DNA of 20,039 bases. Source: an uncultured virus (IMG/VR IMGVR_UViG_2061766007_000275). Taxonomy: Duplodnaviria > Heunggongvirae > Uroviricota > Caudoviricetes. Made by a program: the position numbers and the translations under genes. Shown piece by piece: positions 9,087 to 18,229 of this stretch. Position 1 is the stretch's first letter; every line of letters starts with the position of its first letter. The notes below the pieces were generated by a model. The model saw only the letters and a program-made list of their open reading frames with translations, was not told the origin of the DNA and made no database searches. Location of the stretch: IMG/VR virus record IMGVR_UViG_2061766007_000275. One strand, given 5' to 3'.

Positions 9087-9974
9087 GGACAAAAAATTAA
9101 TCATTTAACTTTTTTAAAATTTTTAGGTAATAGTTATTGGGAATGTCAATGTGATTGTGGTAATATTATTAAAATTAGAAAAGATCAAGTTACACGTTCT
9201 CGATATCCTAAAAAAGATTGTGGTTGCGGGTTGCCTTCTCGTTTAGGTAGTAAATTAAAAGATGAAACTGGAAATAGATATGGGAAATTAATAGTTTTAT
9301 ATCGAACTAATGATTTAAGACCTGGTGAAGCTAGATGGCATTGTAAATGTGATTGTGGCAATGAATGTGATGTATCTGGTGTTCATTTAAGAAATGGTTC
9401 TGTTCAATCTTGTGGTTGTTTAAGATACGAAAGTCATAATGGAATAGATGAAACTGGAAAAAGATATGGAAAATTATTAGTTTTATATCGAACAGATAAA
9501 AATATTAAGTCAGATGGCACTCATATTTTTTGGCATTGTAAATGTGATTGCGGCAATGAATGTGATGTTAATGGTAGCTATTTAAGGCAAGGCATTTCAA
9601 CTAATTGTGGATGTGAACGAAGTGTTGGAGAGTTGAAAATTAAAAAGATATTGGATGAGAATAAAATTTTATATCAAAGAGAATATAATTTTCCTGATTT
9701 ATTAGGTGTTGGAGGTGGCAAACTAAGATTTGATTTTGGAATTTTAGATCAAAATAATAATCTTTTGTATTTAATAGAATATGATGGTATTCAACATTTT
9801 AAATTAAATTGTTTTGGAAATGAACAAGAATATTTTAATACATTAAAGCAACATGATAAATTAAAAGATGACTATTGTAAAGAGCATAATATACCATTGA
9901 TAAGAATTCCTTATACAAAATTTAAAACTCTAACAATAAAAGATCTTTTATTAAATAAAGGAGGTGACGATTAA
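9087..9974 (+). CDS. Putative homing endonuclease: at least three Cys-rich repeats plus Vsr/DUF559-like domain; true start lies in the gap
   Basis: The frame of track ORF 9231..9974 is open back to the gap: GQKINHLTFLKFLGNSYWECQCDCGNIIKIRKDQVTRSRYPKKDCGC. C-terminal RFDF...LIEYDGIQHF...KDDYCKEHNIPLIRIP. Confidence 0.82.
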   Translation, partial: GQKINHLTFLKFLGNSYWECQCDCGNIIKIRKDQVTRSRYPKKDCGCGLPSRLGSKLKDETGNRYGKLIVLYRTNDLRPGEARWHCKCDCGNECDVSGVHLRNGSVQSCGCLRYESHNGIDETGKRYGKLLVLYRTDKNIKSDGTHIFWHCKCDCGNECDVNGSYLRQGISTNCGCERSVGELKIKKILDENKILYQREYNFPDLLGVGGGKLRFDFGILDQNNNLLYLIEYDGIQHFKLNCFGNEQEYFNTLKQHDKLKDDYCKEHNIPLIRIPYTKFKTLTIKDLLLNKGGDD

Positions 9975-9979
9975 AAATA

Positions 9980-12900
9980 ATGGGAACTAAAAGATTTGAA
10001 GTACATGCACACACCCATTATTCTTAGTGTGTCAAATATTAGATTGTTAGATTGTATCAACAAACCTAAAGATTTAATTAATAGAGCGGTTGAGTTAGGT
10101 TTAGCAGGAATTGCCCTAACCGACCATGAGTGCCTAGCTGGGCATCCTGAAGTAAATATATATTATAATGATGTGATAAAGAAAGAACATCCTGATTTTA
10201 AAGTTGCATTAGGAAATGAAATTTATTTATGTCCTAATCGTGATAAGGATCAAAGTTTTTATCATTTTATTTTAATAGCAAAAAATAAGACAGGTCATCG
10301 AGCATTACGTGAGCTGTCTTCTACTGCGTGGTTAAATATCTTTGAAACAAAAAGAATGGAAAGAGTTGTCACAACATATGACGATCTCAATAAAATAGTT
10401 AAAAAGTATCCGGGTTCATTAATAGCAACCACCGCATGTATTGGTGGAGAAGTGTCAAAGCAAACATTAGCTCTCATTTCGGCGGAAAAGGCAGGTGACA
10501 CGCGCGCACAGGAAGCCGCCCGCTATGATATAGGAACTTTTATTGAAAGATGTCAGGATTGGTTTGGTGATGACTTTTATATTGAGTGTGCTCCGGGAAT
10601 GAGTCCAGAACAGCAGGCAGTAAATAAAAGATTGGTTAGTATTGCAAACTGTTTTGACATTAAAATGGTAATAGGAACTGACGCACATTATTTAAAGAAA
10701 GAAGATAGATATGTTCATAAGGCATATCTTAAGTCAAAAGAAGGAGAAAGAGAAGTAGATAAGTTTTATGAATTCTCTTATCTTCAGTCAGAAGAAGATA
10801 TATTGACAAATCTCAATATTAAAGATAAGTATGAAGAATTATGTAATAATAGTATGGAGATTTGGAATAAGATAGAAGTTTGGGATATGCGGCATCCGCA
10901 ACAGATCCCAAAAGTTGAAGTAGAAGATTTTCCTAAGCCAGTATATGATCAAGATGATGTAAAAACTATATCTACTCCAATTAAACCACTTAAAATGGTT
11001 TTTAATACTTTTGAAAAAACTTATCCAACATTATGGAGTATGAGATGCTCAGATGATAAGGTTGAAAGATGTTGGGTAAATAAATGTTTAAACAAGCTAA
11101 AAGAAATAAATAAATATAATGAAACTTATTTATCTCGTCTTGAGGAAGAAGCAAGAGTAAAGAAAATTATAGGCGAAAAGCTTCAAACAAATATGTTCTC
11201 ATATCCTTTAACACTTCAACATTATTGTGATTTGTTTTGGAAGTGCGGAAGTATCGTTGGTGCGGGCAGAGGTTCATCGTGTTCAGGACTTAATCATTAT
11301 TTATTAGGAATAACTCAGCTTGATCCTATTGAATGGGAACTTCCATTTTGGAGATATCTGAATGAAGAAAGAACTGAATTAGGTGATATTGACTTAGACT
11401 TATGCCCAAGCAAGCGTCCGCTGATATTAAATGAGATAAAGAAAGAAAGAGGAAAAAACTTCATTCCGGAAATTGATGATAGCGCAGCCCGCAGTAACTT
11501 AGGTTGTACACTGATTGCAACTTTTGGCACAGAAAGTACAAGGTCTGCGATTCTAACAGCCTGCCGCGGTTATAGAAGTGAAGAATGCCCTCAAGGTATA
11601 GATACAGATATAGCAAAGTATTTATCTTCACTTATCCCCGAAGAAAGAGGATTTGTTTGGAGTATAGATGATATTATAAATGGTAATGAAGAGAAAGGCC
11701 GTAAGCCGTTAACATCATTCATACAAGAAGTTGAGCAGTATCCGGGATTGTTAACAATCATTCAGGGTATTGATGGTCTAGTAAATAAGAGATCAAGTCA
11801 CGCATCAGGTGTTATCTTGTTTGATGAAGATCCTTTTGAGTTTGGTTGTTTTATGAGAACTCCTAATTGGGAAATCATCACACAGTATGATTTACATATG
11901 GATGAAGCTTGTGGCTTAACGAAATATGACTTTCTTGTAACTGAAATTCAAGATAAAATTGCAATCACGATTAATCTTCTACAAAAGCATGGGGAAATTG
12001 AACAAGATTTAAGCTTAAGAGAAATTTATGACAAGTATCTCAATCCGAATGTTCTTCCAATAGAAGATATGAAGTATTGGAAAAGATTTTATAATATGGA
12101 TGTGATTAATGTCTTCCAGTTTGATTCACCGGTTGGTAAACAAGCAGCAAAAAAGATTAAACCTATCTCAATATTAGAGTTAGCAGATGCAAATGGTTTG
12201 ATGCGATTAATGACTGCGGAAAAAGGTGAAATAACTCCAATGGATAAGTATGTTATGTTTAAAAATAACATTGAGTTATGGTATAATGAAATGAGAGAAT
12301 ATGGGTTAACAAAAGAAGAAATGGAAGTTGTTAAGCCTTACTTCTTAAAGTCACATGGAGTACCTCCAAGCCAAGAGCAAATGATGAAGATGTTAATGGA
12401 TCCAGATATATGTGGGTTCACGCTCGCGGAAGCTAATACCGCACGTAAGATAGTTGGTAAGAAGCAGATGAACAAGATTCCCGCATTAAGAGATAAGGTA
12501 TTAGAACAAGCAAAGTCTCCATGTCTTGGACATTATATTTGGAAGTGCGGTATTGGTCCTCAGATGGGTTATTCATTCTCTATCATTCATGCTCTTGCAT
12601 ATTCGTTCATTGGTTTCCAAACAGTTTATCTTGCAACAAATTGGGATCCGATTTATTGGGATACAGCTTGTCTAATAGTTAATAGTTGTTCAACTGATGA
12701 AGAAGATGAAGATGATGATATAATAGATGTTGAGGAAGATGAGAAAGAAGAACAGATTGAAGAAGAGGAAGTAGTTGAAGTTAGTGCAAAGAAGAAAACG
12801 AAGACAGTTGATTATGGTAAGAATGCAAAGGCATTAGGTGAAATTATCTCGAACAACATTAAAGTCTCACTAATTGATATTAATAAGTCAAGTCTTCAGT

Positions 12901-14054
12901 TTGAACCTGATGTAGAGGATCAGCAGATATTATTTGGATTTAGAGCATTAACAGGTGTTAATGTTGATATAATAAAAGAAATAGTAGCAAAACGTCCGTT
13001 CGTAAGTCTTACAGATTTTATGAATAGATGCAAAATAAAAAAGCCAGCAATGATCTCATTGATTAAGGCGGGAGCTTTTGATAATCTTGAGGAAGAAGTA
13101 AATCTTGCGAAGGTTCTTGGTGTCGAACCACGTATTGCCGCAATGATGTTATATATTTGGAGAGTAAGTGAGCCAAAGACAAACATTAATCTTCAGAGTT
13201 TTAATGGTTTATTAGAGAAAGATTTAGTTCCGAAAGAAGATTTGGACTTTGAAATAAGAGTATTTCACTTCAACAAAGCAATGAAGTATTTTAAAAAAAA
13301 TGTTGAAGGAACTCCAGTTTATTATTTTGGTCAAGATAATATGTATGATTTTTATGCAAAATATTTTGATTTAGATCAAATCATTCAAGTAAATAATTAT
13401 TTTGGTGTACCTCAAAAATATTGGGATAAGGTTTATACTAAAACAATGGATAAAGCAAGAGATTGGTTAAAAGATAATAAACAAGCAGTTTTAAATGCAA
13501 TAAATTATATGAACTTCAAAGAACTTTGGGATAAATATGCAAATGGTACAGTAGCAAGTTGGGAAATAGATAGTCTTGGATTCTATTATCATGAACATGA
13601 TTTAGCAAAAGTAAATATGTCAAAATATGGCATAGTTGATTATCAGACTCTTCCTGAGACACCAGAAGTTGACTATTACTTCACAAAAGGTAAGTTAAGC
13701 ATCCCGATCTTTAAGACAAGTATTATAATTGGAACAGTAATAGCAAAAGATGATAAGAGATCAACAGTATCTATCTTAACAACAAGTGGAGTTGTTGATG
13801 TTAAGTTCTCAAAAGAGTACTATGCAAATTATAAAAGACAAATCTCTGAAGTCGGAGCAGATGGTAAAAAGAAAGTTATTGAAAAAGGTTGGTTTAGAAG
13901 GGGAGTTCAGATTATGGTAACTGGCTTCCGCAGAGAAGATACTTTTGTTGCGAAGTCATATAGCAAGACAGCAACACATCAACTTTATAAAATAACTGAA
14001 GTAGATGATAATGGAAATATATGTTTAGTACACGATAGGAGTAAAACTGCATGA
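9980..14054 (+). CDS. dnaE: DNA polymerase III alpha (DnaE) with a stop and frame break at 10022-10031
   Basis: 9980-10027 encodes MGTKRFEVHAHTHYS*. The body resumes in the +1 frame at 10032 (SNIRLLDCINKP). PHP motifs TDHE, GNEIY, TACIGG, TDAHY; polymerase motifs GRGS, GDIDLD, HASGV, KYDFL; C-terminal OB-like region. The track start at 9996 lacks the HxH motif. Confidence 0.93.
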
Positions 14055-14656
14055 TAACTAAGAAAAAATATCAAGTAATTGCATTATATGGCGCGAGTGG
14101 GTCAGGAAAGGACACTATCCTTAAGTGGATAGTGTCCCACTACCCCAAGATTAATTTAATAGTTAGTTGTACGACCAGACCACCGCGGGAAGGCGAGATT
14201 GATGGCGTTGACTACCATTTCATAAATGAAAAAAAGTTTACAGAACAAGTAATGAATGGTGAGATGCTTGAAGCTACAGAATTTAGAGGTTGGTTCTACG
14301 GAACCCAGGTCTCCGCATTATCTGAAGATACAGTTAATATTGGAGTCTTCAATCCCGCAGGTTTAATGGCTCTTGAAGAAAATTCTGAAATAGAATTATT
14401 AAAAATTTTTATAAATGCTTCAGATAAAACAAGAATGTTGAGATGTCTGAATAGAGAAAAAGATCCTAATGTGGATGAAATTGTTCGTAGATATCAGACA
14501 GATAAAAGAGATTTGAAGGAATACTTTGCAGAGACAGATATAATGGATAGAGGTTATTTTATTGATAATAATAATCTAGATTTAGATCATTTAAGTGTAA
14601 CAACATTTGAAAACATCTTAGACGATTGGGCAACTTTATTTAAATTACTTCGTTAA
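14051..14656 (+). CDS. gmk: Guanylate kinase-like nucleotide kinase
   Basis: P-loop GASGSGKD, TTRPPREGEIDGVDYHF, FYGT. Confidence 0.9.
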   Translation: MITKKKYQVIALYGASGSGKDTILKWIVSHYPKINLIVSCTTRPPREGEIDGVDYHFINEKKFTEQVMNGEMLEATEFRGWFYGTQVSALSEDTVNIGVFNPAGLMALEENSEIELLKIFINASDKTRMLRCLNREKDPNVDEIVRRYQTDKRDLKEYFAETDIMDRGYFIDNNNLDLDHLSVTTFENILDDWATLFKLLR

Positions 14657-14672
14657 TTTTTTATATAATATG
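14628..14672 (+). promoter_or_regulatory. Putative phage-specific promoter motif (copy 4), upstream of nrdD
   Basis: GGGCAA at 14628 and TATATAAT at 14662 (34-nt offset); RBS AGGAGG at about 14704-14709. Confidence 0.6.
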
Positions 14673-14715
14673 TTACAATAAAATCCTTAAAATAATAATA
14701 CTTAGGAGGTAGACA

Positions 14716-16965
14716 ATGATTGAAAAAAGAGATGGGCGTAAAGTTCCATACGCTCCAAACAAAATTAAAGAAGCAGTATTAAAAGCCTTTATGGCAGTAG
14801 ACAAAAAAGTAACACCTTATGCTTTAGAAAAAGCAGATAACATTGCAGATTATGTAACTAATATTTACAATGAAAAATTAAAATTTGGTGCAAATCTTAC
14901 TGTCGAGGAAACACAAGATTTAGTTGAGCATGGTCTTATGGCATGTAAGAGAAAAGATGTAGCAAGAGCTTACATCACTTACAGAAATCAAAGAACCGCA
15001 GAGCGTGAGCGTAAGAATAAGACAATGCAAATTGCTAAAAATAATTTAACAAAAGGTAATGATGATAAACAGAATGCTAATGTAGATGCTCATTCCTTTG
15101 GCGGTAGAGTCGGAGAGGCGATTTCCGCAGTAACAAAGCAAATTGCTTTAGATGAATATGTTAGTCCAACAGCTAGATATAATCATTTACATAACATTGT
15201 TTATATTCATGATCTCGATGCTTATGTAGTTGGTTCACATAATTGTTTGACTATTCCTTTTGATGACTTATTAGCCAATGGGTTTAATACAAGACAAACA
15301 GATGTTCGTCCTGCAAACTCAATTAATACTGCATTCCAATTAGTAGCTGTAATCTTCCAGTTACAGAGCTTACAGCAGTTCGGAGGCGTTTCCGCAAGTC
15401 ACTTAGATTGGACAATGGTGCCTTATGTAAGAAAAAGTTTTAGAAAACATTATATTGATGGTCTTAAATATATTGAAAGACCCCTTACTTATAGTAAAGA
15501 ATTAGAAGAACATATTCCAGTAGATGCTGGCATTGAAGATGCAGAATATTTTGCTTTCCCAAGAGCATATATGTATGCAAAAGATATGACTCAGAGAGAA
15601 ACACAACAAGCAGTTGAAGGTATGTATCATAACTTAAATACATTACAGAGTAGATCTGGAAATCAATTACCTTTTACCAGTATCAATTATGGTACTTGTA
15701 CCTTACCTGAAGGTAGAATGGTAATTAAGGCTTTATTAGAAGGAAGTCTTAAAGGTGTTGGTAAATTCCATAGAACATCAATCTTCCCTTGTGGCATTTT
15801 TCAATTAGGCAAGGGCATCAATAGAAAACCTGGCGATCCTAATTACGATTTATTTAGATTGGCTCTTAAATCAACAGCACAGAGAATTTATCCTAACTAT
15901 GCAAACATTGATTGGAGCGGCAATACTGGATATGATAAGAATGATCCTAAGACATATTTTAGTACAATGGGATGTAGAACAGCTAATGGCTGGGATATTA
16001 ATGGATTAGGACAGCAGAAAGATGGTCGTGGGAATATTTGTCCTGTAACTATTATTCTTCCAACAGTCGCTATGTTAGCTCAGGAAGAAGTTATGGAATC
16101 GAATGGAGATCCAACCGAAGAAAAAATCGTGAACAAATTTATGGAATTACTTGATCATTATATTCATGATGCAAAAGATTCATTAATTGATAGATTTGAG
16201 TGGATTTGCTGCCAGAGCCCAGCTTCCGCGAAATTTATGTATGAAAATCATACAATGGCTGGTTATGATGGAAAAGATATACGTTCTGCTCTTAAACATG
16301 GAACTTTAGCTGTTGGCCAGTTAGGTTTAGCAGAATGCTTACAGATCTTAATTGGTTGTGACCATACCGAACCAAAAGGTATGGAATTAGCTAAAAAAAT
16401 TGAAGAATTGTTTAAGAAAAGATGTGCAGAATTTAAAGAAGAATATAAATTAAATTTTGGTGTTTATTATACGCCTGCAGAGAATTTATGCTTTACCGCA
16501 ATGAAAAAGTTCCAAGAAACTTATGGAGTAATACCTAATGTATCAGATAGAAAATACTTTACTAACTCAATGCATGTACCGGTATGGAAAAAAATGTCAG
16601 CTTTTGATAAGATTGATATTGAATCTCAGTTAACTCCTTATAGTTCAGCAGGCTGTATTACTTACGTTGAGTTAGATAGTTCAACGAAGAATAATATTGA
16701 TGCTCTTGAACAGATGGTTAATTACGCCATGGATAAGGATATTCCTTATTTCGCATTAAACACTTGTCCTGATACTTGTCTTGATTGCGGCTATACTGAT
16801 GAAATGGGAGATACTTGTCCGGTATGCGGAAGCCACAATATTCAGAGACTTAGAAGGGTAACAGGCTATTTAACTGGTAATTACACAACAGCATTCAATG
16901 AAGGTAAACAACAAGAAACAGAACAGAGAGTTAAACACACGGGTATAGAATATGAGATATGCTAA
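14716..16965 (+). CDS. nrdD: Anaerobic class III ribonucleotide reductase, large subunit
   Basis: N-terminal ATP cone (IEKRDGRKV...YITYR), HDLD..HNC, MGCRT, YFTNS, CLDC/CPVC Zn site, glycyl-radical motif RVTGYL. Confidence 0.96.
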   Translation: MIEKRDGRKVPYAPNKIKEAVLKAFMAVDKKVTPYALEKADNIADYVTNIYNEKLKFGANLTVEETQDLVEHGLMACKRKDVARAYITYRNQRTAERERKNKTMQIAKNNLTKGNDDKQNANVDAHSFGGRVGEAISAVTKQIALDEYVSPTARYNHLHNIVYIHDLDAYVVGSHNCLTIPFDDLLANGFNTRQTDVRPANSINTAFQLVAVIFQLQSLQQFGGVSASHLDWTMVPYVRKSFRKHYIDGLKYIERPLTYSKELEEHIPVDAGIEDAEYFAFPRAYMYAKDMTQRETQQAVEGMYHNLNTLQSRSGNQLPFTSINYGTCTLPEGRMVIKALLEGSLKGVGKFHRTSIFPCGIFQLGKGINRKPGDPNYDLFRLALKSTAQRIYPNYANIDWSGNTGYDKNDPKTYFSTMGCRTANGWDINGLGQQKDGRGNICPVTIILPTVAMLAQEEVMESNGDPTEEKIVNKFMELLDHYIHDAKDSLIDRFEWICCQSPASAKFMYENHTMAGYDGKDIRSALKHGTLAVGQLGLAECLQILIGCDHTEPKGMELAKKIEELFKKRCAEFKEEYKLNFGVYYTPAENLCFTAMKKFQETYGVIPNVSDRKYFTNSMHVPVWKKMSAFDKIDIESQLTPYSSAGCITYVELDSSTKNNIDALEQMVNYAMDKDIPYFALNTCPDTCLDCGYTDEMGDTCPVCGSHNIQRLRRVTGYLTGNYTTAFNEGKQQETEQRVKHTGIEYEIC

Positions 16966-17419
16966 TTTAATAACTGAAGATTGCGTGAATGGAGAGGGAG
17001 TTTGTGTCTCCCTCTTCATGCAAGGCTGTCATTTTCATTGCCCAGAATGTCATAATCCTGAGACTTGGGACTTCAATGGCGGCAAGGAAGTAAGTATTGA
17101 TGACTTAATCGCAGCAATAGTAACTGCAATTAGTAAGAATAAAATACAGAGAAACTTTTCAATACTAGGCGGCGAGCCCCTCGCGCCAGAGAATATACAC
17201 AATACTGCGACAATCGTTCAAGCAGTTCGTTTAGTTTATCCTAATATTAAGATATTCATTTGGACAGGCTATGAGCCTGAAGAACTACCAGACAACAATG
17301 ATATGACAACAATTAAATTACATATTAATAAGTTAATTACAGGCAGGTTCAAGATAGAAGAACGAGATGTCTCGCTCCCATTAAGGGGTTCCCGCAATCA
17401 GCAAATAATTGACTTTTAA
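16952..17419 (+). CDS. nrdG: Anaerobic RNR activase (radical SAM)
   Basis: NGEG, GCHFHCPECHNPETW (CxxxCxxC), GGEPL, WTGY, RGSRNQ; overlaps the nrdD stop. Confidence 0.95.
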   Translation: MRYANLITEDCVNGEGVCVSLFMQGCHFHCPECHNPETWDFNGGKEVSIDDLIAAIVTAISKNKIQRNFSILGGEPLAPENIHNTATIVQAVRLVYPNIKIFIWTGYEPEELPDNNDMTTIKLHINKLITGRFKIEERDVSLPLRGSRNQQIIDF

Positions 17420-17437
17420 AAAAATTTTTGTTATAAT
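17409..17437 (+). promoter_or_regulatory. SigA/sigma70-type promoter with extended -10
   Basis: TTGACT (17409-17414), 17-nt spacer, TG-n-TATAAT (17432-17437). Confidence 0.85.
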
Positions 17438-17468
17438 ATTATTAGAAAATAAGAAAGGAATTTTTAAT

Positions 17469-17957
17469 ATGGAAAATGAAACTATTACGAATACTGAAAA
17501 TCTTGAACCATTAGAAATTAAGATGCCGGCTGAAACTTATGGAAATCCTGATGAGCCTATTGATATTCCACAACTAAGTATATATGAGTCAAATAAGCAG
17601 CTACTTGCACAGAATGGTAAGGTTATGTCACTTTCAAAACTTAATATTGCTATTGGCAATATAGCTGTTCGTTTTAGAAAATGGGTTTGGGATAACAAGT
17701 ATAAATATTTTATGCTATTATGTAAAGATCGCAGTGATTATACTTTATTTAATATGACTGATAGTAATTTTGATATTCAAGAGCTAAAAGAAGCCCTTAA
17801 AGATTGTTTCACTAATCGTGGTGATGTTTATGATATTCATTATGAGAAGAACACCGATGCCTATGAAATTTGGTTAAAAATTGAAGATGAATTTTATGCT
17901 TATTATTTATTCCCTTATGATGTAGGCGTAATCGAGATAGGAGCTGTAAATGGATAA
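17469..17957 (+). CDS. Hypothetical phage protein (162 aa)
   Basis: Start moved to ATG 17469 behind AAAGGA, because the track start TTG at 17409 is the -35 box. Aromatic-rich motifs YFMLLCKD and YYLFPYD; function unknown. Confidence 0.75.
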   Translation: MENETITNTENLEPLEIKMPAETYGNPDEPIDIPQLSIYESNKQLLAQNGKVMSLSKLNIAIGNIAVRFRKWVWDNKYKYFMLLCKDRSDYTLFNMTDSNFDIQELKEALKDCFTNRGDVYDIHYEKNTDAYEIWLKIEDEFYAYYLFPYDVGVIEIGAVNG

Positions 17958-18216
17958 AGAAGTAAGAATTGTTATAAATAATCCTATGTTTGTTGCTAAT
18001 GGCAAGAGCATAACAGTTCTATTTGAGGATGGCGAGGTAGCTGAATTTCAAGGAGCTTGCCCTGCAATGGTTTTGCACTTAGCAAATAAATATGAAGTAA
18101 GTAAGATTTATATCAAAGGAAATAAACTTTACAATAAGAAACTTGTAAAAGAAATTCAAGAGGAAGAAAATCTAACATATAGAGAAAATATATTAGAATT
18201 TGAATTTATTAAATAA
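17950..18216 (+). CDS. Hypothetical protein (88 aa)
   Basis: RBS AGGAG; start overlaps the upstream stop. Confidence 0.7.
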   Translation: MDKEVRIVINNPMFVANGKSITVLFEDGEVAEFQGACPAMVLHLANKYEVSKIYIKGNKLYNKKLVKEIQEEENLTYRENILEFEFIK

Positions 18217-18229
18217 GGAGAATAAAAAA

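Larger units (their letters stand above)
8943..10042 (+). mobile_element. Endonuclease cassette inserted in the dnaE 5' end
   Basis: AATATTAG at 8943-8950 and 10035-10042. Joining the two copies gives the in-frame sequence HTHYSNIRLLDCINKP. Contains promoter motif, endonuclease, RBS and a replacement dnaE N-terminus. Confidence 0.7.

Noticed and set aside
9087..9092. GGACAA as a fifth promoter motif copy (also GGACAG at 18913)
   Set aside because: Both are coding sequence and lack KATAT at +34.
10025..10027. Genome-wide TAG recoding as the explanation for the dnaE break
   Set aside because: All other genes are intact in the standard code, and readthrough would not fix the frame (another TAG follows at 10040-10042).
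8940..10031. Group I intron in dnaE (upstream exon ending in U, insert ending in G would restore HYSNIR)
   Set aside because: No P7/R/S core is visible. The flanks are taken up by a promoter motif and a second N-terminus, and 78 N is too short for a core. Revisit only if the real gap is much larger.
9996..10031. Track N-terminus MKYMHTPIILSV for DnaE
   Set aside because: It is an out-of-frame reading of the real HAHTHYS codons, with no suitably spaced RBS and no HxH motif.
10490..10523. GC-rich patch with a GGCGG/CCGCC inverted pair inside dnaE
   Set aside because: Only a 5-bp stem with a long loop; explained by Ala/Arg codons and the general GCGG enrichment.
14716..16965. Intron or intein in nrdD (a common insertion hotspot), and inteins in dnaB or dnaE
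   Set aside because: The ORFs are continuous, of ordinary length, with no intein boundary motifs or LAGLIDADG blocks seen.
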